Source of the DNA: an uncultured Bacteroidales bacterium
GTDB lineage: Bacteria > Bacteroidota > Bacteroidia > Bacteroidales > VadinHA17
Direction: 5' to 3'
DNA: 41,810 nt
Assembly (NCBI GenBank): GCA_937871625.1
Contig: CALMRD010000069.1
Span: 1-41,810 of the forward strand
Shown: positions 19,740 to 29,583 of the stretch, in pieces
How the letters are laid out: the number at the start of each line of letters is the position of its first letter
Numbering within the stretch: position 1 is the first letter of the stretch
Made by a program: the position numbers and the translations under genes
Notes under the pieces: model-generated
What the model saw: the letters and a program-made list of their open reading frames with translations, nothing else
Told to the model about the DNA's origin: nothing
Database searches by the model: none

Positions 19740-20507
19740 ATGTCAGTAAAAATCAGATTAGCTAGGAAGGGCCGCAAAAAACAGGCCTACTACCACGTGG
19801 TGGTAGCGGATAGCAGTGCGCCACGTGATGGCAGATTTATTGAAAAGATCGGGATGTACAATCCTCTTACCGACCCGGCAACGATAGATATCGATTTCGG
19901 TAAGGCTCTGGATTGGCTCCAGAAGGGTGCCCAGCCCACAGAGACATGCAGGGCGATCCTTAAGTACAAGGGTGTCATGATGAAGAAGCACCTGCTTGAA
20001 GGAGTAAAGAAGGGTGCCTTTGACGAGGCCGAGGCTGACCGCCGTTTCAATGAGTGGATGAAGTTCAAGGAGGAGCAGATCGAGACCAAGAAGACGGGCA
20101 TCGAGAAGAAGGGCGAGGAGACCCGCCAGAAGAGACTTGAGGCAGAGACTGCTATCAAGGAAGCCAGGGCAGCCGAATATGCCAAAAAGATTGCTGCTCT
20201 TGCCGCCGAGGCTGAGGCTGCCGCCAGGGCTGCCGCAGGAGGTGAGGCTACAGCAGAGGAGCCCGTGGCAGAAGCTGTCGCCGGGACCGAAGAGGCTGAA
20301 GCCGTAGCTGAAGAGACCACCGCCGCTGAGGCAGTAGCAGAAGAGGAGGCACCTGTTGAGGTTGCCGCTGAAGAAGCTCCTGCAGAGGCAGCACAGGAAG
20401 AACCGGCCGCAGCAGAGGAAGCTGCCGCTGAACCTTCAGAAGAAGAGGCACCGGCTGCCGACAAGGCAGAGGAAGAGAGTGCCGAAGAGACTGAGAAGCC
20501 TGAATAA
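19740..20507 (+). CDS. rpsP: 30S ribosomal protein S16 with long C-terminal helical + acidic Ala/Glu/Pro-rich extension
   Basis: N-terminus MSVKIRLARKGRKKQAYYHVVVADSSAPRDGRFIEKIGMYNP is canonical S16. Residues from about 150 to 255 are low-complexity A/E/P. Confidence 0.9.
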   Translation: MSVKIRLARKGRKKQAYYHVVVADSSAPRDGRFIEKIGMYNPLTDPATIDIDFGKALDWLQKGAQPTETCRAILKYKGVMMKKHLLEGVKKGAFDEAEADRRFNEWMKFKEEQIETKKTGIEKKGEETRQKRLEAETAIKEARAAEYAKKIAALAAEAEAAARAAAGGEATAEEPVAEAVAGTEEAEAVAEETTAAEAVAEEEAPVEVAAEEAPAEAAQEEPAAAEEAAAEPSEEEAPAADKAEEESAEETEKPE

Positions 20508-20534
20508 AGCGCTTCTCATCCCCGCCGCCTGACA

Positions 20535-21029
20535 GTGAAAACCGTTGGCAGAATAACAAAAACATACGGCTATGAAGGAGCCGTGGTGGTGAAGATGCAG
20601 GGCGGCATCACAGGGGAACCGGAACAGGGAGAACCGGTATTCGTCGTTACTGACGGGATACCGGTTCCCTTTTTTGTCAGGGAGGCTTACTGCCCTGCAC
20701 CAGATACACTTATAATTTCGTTCGATGATTACCTGACGGCCGAATCGGTTGCCGTCCTGAAGGGATGTGAACTCATCATCGCCGGCGAGACGGAAGAGGG
20801 CGATGAGCTGCAGGACCTGGCGGGCTTTACCCTTACCGACACCGTCAGCGGCTTTAGCGGAAGGGTCATTTCTGTGATAAGCAACCCCGGTCAGCTGCTT
20901 GCCGAAGTAACCTCCCCGGCAGGTGTGATCCTCGTTCCCCTGCACCCGGATCTGATAATATCTCTTGACAGGCGGAAAAAGATCATAGAGATGACACTGC
21001 CTGAGGGACTGACCAGCCTGAACGACTAA
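20535..21029 (+). CDS. rimM: 16S rRNA processing protein RimM
   Basis: GTG start. GRITKTYGYEGAVVV N-terminal barrel and C-terminal PRC-barrel-like region. Conserved rpsP-rimM synteny. Confidence 0.8.
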   Translation: MKTVGRITKTYGYEGAVVVKMQGGITGEPEQGEPVFVVTDGIPVPFFVREAYCPAPDTLIISFDDYLTAESVAVLKGCELIIAGETEEGDELQDLAGFTLTDTVSGFSGRVISVISNPGQLLAEVTSPAGVILVPLHPDLIISLDRRKKIIEMTLPEGLTSLND

Positions 21030-21206
21030 CTCCTCTTTTTAACCGTTTCATGCAGCACTGCGTCACCGGTGCCGTCTTTTATCTGGTTACCGTTAATCCG
21101 GGAATGGTGCAGTCATGAGATCTGCAATGGCATAAGCTGACAACAGGATTTGATTATTTGATCTCATGCAGGTTCCATACATACAACAAAATAAAAATAT
21201 AATCGA

Positions 21207-21902
21207 ATGAAAAAATCAATTCTTTTTGCAGCTCTGCTGGTCGTTGCGGTCCAGGTATCACAGGCACAGGACACTTACAGGGAAACAAGAGATGTCTCCG
21301 GTTTCAGCGAGGTGGCCTTCGCTGTGGCAGGAGAGGTGTCCATAGACATCGGTGATAAGTACAGCGTTATCCTTGAAGGTGACAAGAGTTATATCAGTGA
21401 GATAGAGACGAAGGTCTATGGTGATGAGCTCAAAATAAAGAGGGAGAAATGGTTTGATTCCGGGAACAAAAAGGTCGTTGTGCGTATCACTATGCCGAAG
21501 CTTGAAGGTATCAGCTTGTCAGGGTCCGGGAAGGTCACAGTCAATGATCCTCTCACGGGGGGAGACCTGGACATAGGTATCAGCGGCAGCGGAAAAGCAT
21601 TTCTGAAAGAAGTAGCTCTGCAGGATGTAGAGTGCTCGATCTCAGGATCAGGCAGTCTGAATATTGCCGGAAGCGGCACCATCGGAAGCCTTGAGATAAA
21701 TATTTCAGGTTCGGGTGATTATTTGGGGGAAGCCACCAGGGTGGGAACGCTGGAGGCAAATATTTCCGGCAGCGGCAGCTGCGACTGTTATGTTACAGAT
21801 ATGCTCAGGGCTGCCATCTCCGGCAGCGGGAACATAGTCTATTCGGGTAACCCGAAGATTGATGCAGCTGTTTCAGGCTCCGGCAAGGTGCGGACGAAAT
21901 AG
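21207..21902 (+). CDS. DUF2807 / head-GIN-domain beta-helix protein (secreted)
   Basis: Signal peptide MKKSILFAALLVVAVQVSQA and repeated ISGSG/SGSGK strands (LSGSGKV, ISGSGKA, ISGSGSL, ISGSGDY, ISGSGSC, ISGSGNI, VSGSGKV). Confidence 0.8.
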   Translation: MKKSILFAALLVVAVQVSQAQDTYRETRDVSGFSEVAFAVAGEVSIDIGDKYSVILEGDKSYISEIETKVYGDELKIKREKWFDSGNKKVVVRITMPKLEGISLSGSGKVTVNDPLTGGDLDIGISGSGKAFLKEVALQDVECSISGSGSLNIAGSGTIGSLEINISGSGDYLGEATRVGTLEANISGSGSCDCYVTDMLRAAISGSGNIVYSGNPKIDAAVSGSGKVRTK

Positions 21903-22478
21903 TCAGCCGCGCAATATCTTAACGACTCCATTCCCGGATACTTTGATGACCGAAGAGGCCTCTGCGCTGCTTCGGTCATCCTGTCTCCAGAGGCATACAT
22001 AATCGGCAGCACTCCTGATCTCCCCGGCTATCTCATCAAAAAAAGCCGGGGCAGGTGTGCCGCTGATGTTGGCTGAGGTAGAGACCAGGGGCTTACGGAA
22101 GGCAGCTATCAGGTCGTCGCAGAAGGGATCGGTGCAGAGCCTCACTGCCAGTGAGCCGTCATCGGCTGCCACACCGTCAGCCACACCCCGCCCGCGGTCA
22201 TAGATGACGGTCAGCGGAGTCTCGCTCCATTCGGCTATCTGCAGGGCCACCTCCGGCGGATCAACAACATAACGTGTAAGCATGGAGAGCGAATTTACCA
22301 GGATGATAAGGCCTTTTTTATCAATCCTCTGCTTGATCTCACTGATCCTTCTTACTGCCTCACCGTTCAGGGGATCGCACCCCAGTCCCCATACAGTGTC
22401 TGTAGGATAGAGTATAACCCCGCCGTCACGCAATACCTTCAGGGCATTCCTGATATCATCCTCATATTCCTTTTTCAT
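21903..22478 (-). CDS. tsaC: L-threonylcarbamoyladenylate synthase (TsaC/YrdC family)
   Basis: VILYPTDTVWGLGCD and STSANISG motifs. 191 aa. Confidence 0.88.
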   Translation of the reverse strand: MKKEYEDDIRNALKVLRDGGVILYPTDTVWGLGCDPLNGEAVRRISEIKQRIDKKGLIILVNSLSMLTRYVVDPPEVALQIAEWSETPLTVIYDRGRGVADGVAADDGSLAVRLCTDPFCDDLIAAFRKPLVSTSANISGTPAPAFFDEIAGEIRSAADYVCLWRQDDRSSAEASSVIKVSGNGVVKILRG

Positions 22479-22617
22479 GGCTGATGCTTTTTTCCGGTTT
22501 GGCCGGGAGGGCTCACTGCTCCGGGCCGTGCTGACCTGTCACCGCCCTGTGGAGGCAGTGAAAAGTTAAAAAACAATAATAGCAGTTATTTGGTATATAT
22601 ACTTTAATACATAAGTA

Positions 22618-22625
22618 TAATTTTG
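22618..22625 (+). promoter_or_regulatory. -7 promoter element TAATTTTG
   Basis: Matches TAnnTTTG, 23 nt upstream of ATG 22648. Confidence 0.45.
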
Positions 22626-22647
22626 AACCAAAGCTAAAACAACCGTC

Positions 22648-25059
22648 ATGATAAGAAAAATTCTCCTCACCGCCATCATCATCGGATCAGCTCTGGCTGT
22701 CAGAGCCCAGGATAACCCGGGGTACCAGCTTCCTCCCCCTGAGATAGTATCAATTGTTGACGCACCGCAGACACCGGGTGTGCTTGTCAGCCGCGACAAT
22801 AAAAGCATTCTCCTGCTTGAGCGTCCGGAGCTGCCATCCATTGCCGATCTCTCCAAACCGGAGCTGCGTCTTGCCGGCATCAGGTTCAATCCCTCCACCA
22901 ACGGCAGCAGCCGCGGGCAGGGAGTGGTAAGGATCTCCGCCATGAACATCGACGGCACCAACCTTCGCGAGCTTAAGGGAGTGCCGGTTGATCCTCATAT
23001 TGGCGGGGTCACATGGTCAGACGACTGCAGTATGTTCGCTTTCACCAACACCACCGATGCCACGGTGGAGCTCTGGGTGGCCGATCTGGAGACCATGACC
23101 GCACGCAGGATCGATGAGGGGCTGAATGACATATTCAGGAGGACCATGACCTGGCTTCCCGACGGATCGATTGTTTACCTGCGCACACTGAGTGACAGGG
23201 GCAAGGCTCCGGAGGCATCGGGGGTGCCTGAGGGACCGGCGATACAGGAGAGCGAAGGCGTCAGGGGAGAGTCACGCACCTTCCAGGACCTTATCAGGAA
23301 CCCTGACGACGAAAGGATATTTGAGTATTATGCCACCTCCGAACTGATCCGCTGGAGCGACGGCAGCAGCACGGCTTTGGGCAGCCGTGGCATGATCATC
23401 GACCTGTCGCCTTCACCTAACGGGCAGTATCTTCTGATTACCAAAATCGACAGGCCATTTTCATATATAGTACCCTACTATCTTTTTCCCTCATCCACGC
23501 AGGTATGGGATCTGCAGGGTAATGTCGTCACCACGCTGCTCGAGAAGCCCCTGCAGGAGAACCTGCCGCGCGGCTACGATGTGGTCAATACCGGTCCCCG
23601 CAACTACAGCTGGCGTAGCGACAAACCTGCAACCATCATGTGGGTGGAGGCACTCGATGAAGGTGACTACCATGCCAATGAGATGCAGTATCATGACCAG
23701 GTCTATATGCTTGATGCTCCCTTTGCAGGAGAGCCGGTGCCGTTCATCGCAACGGAGAAGCGCTACCAGGGTATTGTCTGGGGCAATGACAATCTGGCTA
23801 TGCTCAGCGAGGGGCTCTCCAAAAGCCGCATAAGGGTCACCAGCACCTTCAGCCCGGCCAGCCCGCAGGCGACGCTTAAGAAGATCTTCGAGATCAATGC
23901 TGACGACCGTTACAATAACCCGGGCTTTCCCCTCACCGTGGCCAACAGCTACGGAAGACAGGTGCTGCTGCTGGCCGACAGGGGCAGGAGCCTCTATCTC
24001 TCCGGCCAGGGCGCCTCTCCCGAGGGTGACAGGCCATTCATCGACAGGTATGACCTCAGGTCGGGCAAGACCACACGCCTGTGGCGTTCAGAGGCACCCT
24101 ATTATGAAACTGTCAATGAGCTTATTGACCCGGCGAAGCAGGTGATGCTCACCGTCCGGCAGTCGGTCACCGAGGTTCCCAACTACTTTATCCGCGATCT
24201 GAAGAAAGGGACTCTGAAGCAGGTGACCCATTTTGAGAACCCCTATCCGCAGCTTGACGGAGTGCACAGGGAGATGGTCACATACAAGCGCAATGACGGC
24301 ATCGATCTATCATTCATGCTTTACCTTCCGGCAGGCTACGACAGGGAGAAGGACGGTCCTTTGCCAACGATACTGTGGGCCTATCCGCGCGAGTATAATG
24401 ATCCCTCAACAGCCGGGCAGATCAGCGGCTCACCATACAGCTTCACAAGGGTGAGTCCCTCCTCAGTGCTCGTATATGTCACCCAGGGGTACGCCATCCT
24501 CAACAACGCAAGCTTCCCCATAATCGGGGCTGAGGGAGAGGAGCCCAATGACACTTTTGTCAGTCAGCTTGTCGCCAATGCCGAGGCTGCCATAAACAAG
24601 GCTGTGGAGATGGGTGTCACAGATCCGCAGAGGGTAGTGGCCAGCGGCCACTCGTACGGTGCCTTCATGACGGCTCACCTGCTCTCGCACTCAAGGCTCT
24701 TCGCTGCCGGCATAGCGCGCAGTGGTGCCTACAACCGTTCGCTGACACCCTTCGGGTTCCAGAGTGAACGGCGCAGCTTCTGGGAGGCGCCGGAGCTCTA
24801 TCTTGAGATGTCACCCTTCACCCATGCCACAAAGGTCAAGGACCCCCTGCTGCTGATACACGGCATGGCCGACGACAACCAGGGCACCTTCCCGATACAG
24901 AGTGAGAGGTACTATGCCGCTCTCAAGGGGGCCGGTGCCACGACAAGGCTGGTGCTGCTGCCTGCCGAGGCCCATGGTTACGACGCCCGCGAATCTTTGC
25001 TGCACATGCACTGGGAATATGTCAGGTGGCTTGATAAATATGTAAAGAACAAAAAGTAA
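22648..25059 (+). CDS. S9-family serine peptidase (beta-propeller + alpha/beta hydrolase), secreted
   Basis: Signal peptide, N-terminal propeller region and a C-terminal catalytic triad: GHSYGAFM (Ser), HGMADDN (Asp), AEAHGY (His). Confidence 0.85.
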   Translation: MIRKILLTAIIIGSALAVRAQDNPGYQLPPPEIVSIVDAPQTPGVLVSRDNKSILLLERPELPSIADLSKPELRLAGIRFNPSTNGSSRGQGVVRISAMNIDGTNLRELKGVPVDPHIGGVTWSDDCSMFAFTNTTDATVELWVADLETMTARRIDEGLNDIFRRTMTWLPDGSIVYLRTLSDRGKAPEASGVPEGPAIQESEGVRGESRTFQDLIRNPDDERIFEYYATSELIRWSDGSSTALGSRGMIIDLSPSPNGQYLLITKIDRPFSYIVPYYLFPSSTQVWDLQGNVVTTLLEKPLQENLPRGYDVVNTGPRNYSWRSDKPATIMWVEALDEGDYHANEMQYHDQVYMLDAPFAGEPVPFIATEKRYQGIVWGNDNLAMLSEGLSKSRIRVTSTFSPASPQATLKKIFEINADDRYNNPGFPLTVANSYGRQVLLLADRGRSLYLSGQGASPEGDRPFIDRYDLRSGKTTRLWRSEAPYYETVNELIDPAKQVMLTVRQSVTEVPNYFIRDLKKGTLKQVTHFENPYPQLDGVHREMVTYKRNDGIDLSFMLYLPAGYDREKDGPLPTILWAYPREYNDPSTAGQISGSPYSFTRVSPSSVLVYVTQGYAILNNASFPIIGAEGEEPNDTFVSQLVANAEAAINKAVEMGVTDPQRVVASGHSYGAFMTAHLLSHSRLFAAGIARSGAYNRSLTPFGFQSERRSFWEAPELYLEMSPFTHATKVKDPLLLIHGMADDNQGTFPIQSERYYAALKGAGATTRLVLLPAEAHGYDARESLLHMHWEYVRWLDKYVKNKK

Positions 25060-25098
25060 TATCTGCAATAAGCAGTTAGGTTATCAGAAAAAACTGAT

Positions 25099-25106
25099 TA
25101 GTTTTG
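25099..25106 (+). promoter_or_regulatory. -7 promoter element TAGTTTTG
   Basis: Matches TAnnTTTG, 29 nt upstream of ATG 25135. Confidence 0.45.
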
Positions 25107-25134
25107 TCACTCTAATCTTAAAAAACCTAAGCTT

Positions 25135-27429
25135 ATGATCAGTAGTTTGTTCTGGATAGCACCTGTAGCAGCGGTGCTGGCCCTGCTCTTTGCATGGATA
25201 TTCTACAGGAGCATGATGAAGTCACCTGCCGGCAACGACCGGATGCAGGAGATCGCCGGTTACGTCAGGGAGGGTGCGATGGCCTACATCAAACGCCAGT
25301 ACGGTGTTGTTTTCAAGGTCTTCATAGTTCTTGTTATCTTACTTGTGATACTTGCCTACCTGGGGGTTCAGAACCCCTTTGTTCCGGTAGCGTTCCTTAC
25401 CGGCGGGTTCTTCTCCGGCCTCTGCGGTTACCTGGGAATGAGAACGGCAACCAACGCCTCCTCAAGGACAGCCCAGGGTGCCTCCGAATCACTCAACAAG
25501 GGTCTTAAGATTGCATTCCGCAGCGGTGCGGTGATGGGACTGATAGTTGTCGGTTTCGGACTGCTTGACATTGTATTATGGTTCCTCATACTCAACAACT
25601 GGGTCTTCTCTCCGGAGAACATGCTTGAGGGATGGAAGTGGCTGGGCCTGACCTTCGTGCATCCGGGCACTACTGACCACCAGAAGATGATAGAGATCAC
25701 CGCCACCATGCTTACCTTCGGGATGGGTGCCTCCACACAGGCTCTCTTCGCCCGTGTCGGCGGCGGCATATTCACCAAGGCTGCCGACGTAGGCGCTGAC
25801 CTCGTAGGGAAAGTAGAGGCCAATATACCCGAGGATGACCCCCGCAACCCCGCAACCATAGCCGATAACGTAGGCGACAATGTGGGTGATGTGGCAGGCA
25901 TGGGTGCTGACCTCTATGAATCATATGCCGGATCAATACTGGCGACGGCGGCTCTCGGAGCAGCCCTGCCGCTCCTGACGGCCGCTGACCAGATGAAGGC
26001 TGTCATCGCCCCGATGATAGTGGCAGCAATAGGAATACTGCTCTCCATTGCAGGTGTATACATGGTGCGCACCAGGGAGCAGGCTACACAGAAGAACCTG
26101 CTGAACGCACTGCTGCTCGGCACGGGCGGCAGCTCGGCACTTATACTTGTGGCCCTTGCTGTCATGGCCTTCACCGGATGGATCACCTGGGGCGTCTTCG
26201 GCGCCGTGATCGCCGGCCTCGCTGCCGGAGTCATCATTGGACAGTCGACTGAATACTTCACCTCCGATGAATATAAGCCTACCAGGGGCATCGCAAAACA
26301 GACACAGCAGGGACCTGCCACCACCATTATCGAGGGTATAGCCGTCGGTATGCAGTCGACATGGATTCCTGTCCTCACCATTGCCATTGCCATCATCGCT
26401 GCCTACGGATTCGCAGGCGGGTTCCAGGACTTTGCAGCAGGGGTATATGGTATAGGCTTTGCCGCAGTGGGGATGCTCTCCACACTTGGTATCACGCTGG
26501 CCACCGACGCCTTTGGTCCGATAGCTGACAACGCAGGCGGCAACGCCGAGATGGCGCACCTGCCAAAAGAGGTGCGCGAGCGCACTGATGCACTGGATAT
26601 GCTTGGCAACACTACAGCTGCAACCGGAAAAGGATTTGCCATCGGTTCGGCAGCTCTTACAGCCATGGCCCTGGTGGCAGCATACATGGAGGAGGTCAAG
26701 CTCTGGCTCGGACGCCTCGCCGACGATACCGTCGAAGGATACAAGCAGATTGGCGACGTACTCTTCTACAAGAGCACCGTTCCCTCGGTGATACCTGAAG
26801 GGATGACGGCCGTCGATGTAAGCACAGCTAATGTGAGTGACTTCGTGGCAGCATATGACCTGTCACTGTTCAACCCGCTGCTTATCGGCGGCATCTTCAT
26901 CGGCGCCATGATGGCGTTCCTCTTCAGCTCTATGTCGATGAAAGCCGTAGGTCGCGCAGCCGGTAAAATGGTTGACGAGGTGAGACGCCAGTTCCGTGAG
27001 ATCAAAGGCATCATGGACGGTTCCGGTAAGCCTGACTATGCAACGTGTGTTGCCATCTCCACCAAGGGTGCACAGCAAGAGATGATGCTCCCGTCACTGA
27101 TAGCCATCGCTGTTCCGCTGGCCATAGGGCTCACGCTGGGCGTGGCCGGTGTGGTGGGACTGCTGATAGGAGGCATGACTGCCGGCTTCACGCTGGCGAG
27201 CATGCTCAACAACTCCGGCGGTGCATGGGACAATGCCAAGAAATTCATTGAGAAGGGCAACTACGGCGGCAAGGGCAGTGAGTCTCACAAGGCCGGCGTG
27301 GTGGGTGACACCGTCGGTGACCCCTTCAAGGATACCTCAGGCCCCTCGCTCAACATCCTCATCAAGCTCATGTCAATGGTCTCGGTTGTTATGGCCGGTC
27401 TGACCGTGACGTGGAGCATAATGGGATAA
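25135..27429 (+). CDS. hppA: Membrane-integral ion-translocating pyrophosphatase (K+-dependent signature)
   Basis: Motifs DNVGDNVGDVAGMGADL, GNTTAATGKGFAIGSAAL and GDTVGDPFKDTSGPSLN. 764 aa, multi-TM. Confidence 0.95.
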   Translation: MISSLFWIAPVAAVLALLFAWIFYRSMMKSPAGNDRMQEIAGYVREGAMAYIKRQYGVVFKVFIVLVILLVILAYLGVQNPFVPVAFLTGGFFSGLCGYLGMRTATNASSRTAQGASESLNKGLKIAFRSGAVMGLIVVGFGLLDIVLWFLILNNWVFSPENMLEGWKWLGLTFVHPGTTDHQKMIEITATMLTFGMGASTQALFARVGGGIFTKAADVGADLVGKVEANIPEDDPRNPATIADNVGDNVGDVAGMGADLYESYAGSILATAALGAALPLLTAADQMKAVIAPMIVAAIGILLSIAGVYMVRTREQATQKNLLNALLLGTGGSSALILVALAVMAFTGWITWGVFGAVIAGLAAGVIIGQSTEYFTSDEYKPTRGIAKQTQQGPATTIIEGIAVGMQSTWIPVLTIAIAIIAAYGFAGGFQDFAAGVYGIGFAAVGMLSTLGITLATDAFGPIADNAGGNAEMAHLPKEVRERTDALDMLGNTTAATGKGFAIGSAALTAMALVAAYMEEVKLWLGRLADDTVEGYKQIGDVLFYKSTVPSVIPEGMTAVDVSTANVSDFVAAYDLSLFNPLLIGGIFIGAMMAFLFSSMSMKAVGRAAGKMVDEVRRQFREIKGIMDGSGKPDYATCVAISTKGAQQEMMLPSLIAIAVPLAIGLTLGVAGVVGLLIGGMTAGFTLASMLNNSGGAWDNAKKFIEKGNYGGKGSESHKAGVVGDTVGDPFKDTSGPSLNILIKLMSMVSVVMAGLTVTWSIMG

Positions 27430-27446
27430 TTACTGAACAGGATTAT

Positions 27447-27482
27447 GTAACGACGCCCTGACCGGGCGTCGTTACTTGTTTT
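27447..27482 (+). terminator. Rho-independent terminator after hppA
   Basis: Perfect 12-bp stem GTAACGACGCCC / GGGCGTCGTTAC with a 5-nt loop, followed by TTGTTTT. Confidence 0.85.
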
Positions 27483-27494
27483 AAACCGTGACAG

Positions 27495-28454
27495 GTGATG
27501 TTCATTCCGGAATTCAGAGATATTGAATCGGCCATGGAGCTGATAGCGCAGCATGTGCACCGGACTCCGGTTTTAACCTCCCGGCAGCTTGATGTCATCA
27601 CCGGTGCCAGGCTCTTCTTCAAGTGCGAGAACTTCCAGAGGGTGGGGGCCTTCAAGTTCAGGGGTGCCACCAATGCAGTGCTGAGTCTGTCAGACAGCCA
27701 GCGCGCCGCCGGCGTGGTGACGCACTCGTCGGGCAATCATGCCGCCGCCCTGGCGCATGCCGCGGTATCGCGCGGAGTGAAGGCCTATATTGTTATGCCC
27801 TCAACGGCTCCGGAGGTAAAGAAGAGGGCGGTGGCGGGTTACGGTGCGGATATCACCTTCTGTGAGCCCACGCTGGCGGCGCGGGAGGCCGCCGCCGCAG
27901 AGATCATCAGTCGTACCGGCGCCACCATGATACACCCCTATGACAACTTTTTCATCATCGCCGGTCAGGGTACCGCCGCGATGGAGATGCTGGCCGATAT
28001 CCCCGACCCCGATGCGGTCATCGCCCCCGTGGGCGGTGGCGGCCTCCTCAGCGGCTCGGCGATAGCCACCAGACACCTCGCTCCCGCAGCAAAAATATAC
28101 GGCGCCGAGCCGCTGCTGGCTGATGACGCAGCCCGGTCACTGCATGCCGGAGCCATACAGCCGGCACTGCCCCCGGGAACCATCGCCGACGGGCTACTAA
28201 CATCGCTATGCGAAAGGACATTCACCGTCATCAGGGAGAAGGTCGATGATATCCTGACGGTGAGCGAAGAGCAGATCATAGAGGCGATGACCCTCATCTG
28301 GACGAGGATGAAGATTGTCGTTGAACCATCAGCGGCCGTGCCGTTGGCCGCAGTGCTGGCCAACAGGGCGCTCTTCAGCGGCAGAAGGGTGGCGATTATT
28401 CTTTCGGGGGGGAATGCTGACCTGTCGAAGCTGCCTTTTTCTCAAGACGCCTGA
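27495..28454 (+). CDS. PLP-dependent serine/threonine dehydratase (serine racemase-like fold-type II enzyme)
   Basis: PLP-lysine motif FQRVGAFKFRGA and HSSGNHAAALA, plus the glycine loop VGGGGLLSG. GTG at 27495, first ATG at 27498. Confidence 0.85.
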   Translation: MMFIPEFRDIESAMELIAQHVHRTPVLTSRQLDVITGARLFFKCENFQRVGAFKFRGATNAVLSLSDSQRAAGVVTHSSGNHAAALAHAAVSRGVKAYIVMPSTAPEVKKRAVAGYGADITFCEPTLAAREAAAAEIISRTGATMIHPYDNFFIIAGQGTAAMEMLADIPDPDAVIAPVGGGGLLSGSAIATRHLAPAAKIYGAEPLLADDAARSLHAGAIQPALPPGTIADGLLTSLCERTFTVIREKVDDILTVSEEQIIEAMTLIWTRMKIVVEPSAAVPLAAVLANRALFSGRRVAIILSGGNADLSKLPFSQDA

Positions 28455-29583
28455 AGTAGGCAATCACCGGATAGTGATCCGAATAGCGCACCTTGACGAT
28501 GTCAAAATCGGTGCACTCTATCTCTTCGTTGTAGAGAACGTAATCAATACGGTTGGGAGGATACTTGCCACGGTATGTGAATCCGGCACCGTATCCGGCC
28601 TCCACGAAGGCATCCTTCAGCCCGCGGCGCATACGCCGGTAGGTGTATGATACAGGCGTGTCATTGAAGTCACCGGCCACGATGACCGGGTAGGGTGAGC
28701 TCTCAATATGCCTCCTCACCCTGTCTACCTGCAGGGCCCTGCTGGCAAAACCCTCCGTGAGACTCCGGTAGAGCCCCCTGATGTTGTCAACCGATCTTCC
28801 CTGAACCTCACCGGTGATGTCGCTGAGGAGCGTACCTTCGACGCGGCGGAGGCGGAACGACTGCAGGTGGGTGTTGTAGACCCTGAAGGTGTCGGCATCT
28901 ACAATAATATCCGTGAAGATGGTGAGCGATGACGAGCCCGGGTGGACAATATCGCCACGGTACACAATGGGGTAGCGGGTGAGGGTGGCTATGCCGTAAC
29001 GACTGGCAGTGCCGCTTTTTATGAGCTTGAAGTGGGTTGACCACCTTCCTCCCAGCCCGTTCTTCAGCTTACGCTCGCCGGCAGCCGGATCACCCCTGAC
29101 AAAATATTCCTGGAGACAGAGTATCCCGGGATCTTCCTTCCTGAGAAGCTGCAACATCTTGCTGTGAGTGTTGTGCTCACTCTCCTCGTAGAAGTTGAAG
29201 AGCCTGACGTTGTAGCTCATCAGTTTAAGTTCGTGATGCTCTTCGTTGCCGTGATTGGTGAACCTGATGAAGTTGTGTATGTAGCCGAAGCCGAGCACAA
29301 TGGCGGCAGCTGAGATCAGGGCATACCATCTCCTGAAGATTATCCAGAAGAGGACCATGGCTATATTCGCGGCGGCGATATATGGATATGCCAGCCCGAA
29401 GAGAGCGGGGACGGCTGTTGTGGCGGGGTTGACGAAGATGGAGAGATAGGCGGTCATGAGCATGAGGACGAGAACGATGTTCACGGCCAGGAGGATGTTA
29501 CGCGTAAACCGTTTTATCCCTCTATCCTTTTTTCTGGCTTTCACTGAAAAGGATCTCTTTTTCTTCCCTGGTGAGACTGTCAT
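28396..29583 (-). CDS. Membrane-anchored endonuclease/exonuclease/phosphatase (EEP) family protein
   Basis: N-terminal TM helices, then an EEP core (LMSYNVRLFN, LCLQE, TFRVYNTHL, VIVAGDFN, SDHYPV). The track ORF starts at a TTG (29607); the first ATG is 29583. Either start overlaps the upstream rhomboid gene. Confidence 0.8.
   Translation of the reverse strand: MTVSPGKKKRSFSVKARKKDRGIKRFTRNILLAVNIVLVLMLMTAYLSIFVNPATTAVPALFGLAYPYIAAANIAMVLFWIIFRRWYALISAAAIVLGFGYIHNFIRFTNHGNEEHHELKLMSYNVRLFNFYEESEHNTHSKMLQLLRKEDPGILCLQEYFVRGDPAAGERKLKNGLGGRWSTHFKLIKSGTASRYGIATLTRYPIVYRGDIVHPGSSSLTIFTDIIVDADTFRVYNTHLQSFRLRRVEGTLLSDITGEVQGRSVDNIRGLYRSLTEGFASRALQVDRVRRHIESSPYPVIVAGDFNDTPVSYTYRRMRRGLKDAFVEAGYGAGFTYRGKYPPNRIDYVLYNEEIECTDFDIVKVRYSDHYPVIAYFRRLEKKAASTGQHSPPKE

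Noticed and set aside
21114-21168. 9-bp inverted repeat CATGAGATC ... GATCTCATG with a 37-nt loop in the rimM/DUF2807 spacer
   Set aside because: The stem is short, the loop is large and there is no T-tract. It is unlikely to be a terminator or a known regulatory RNA.
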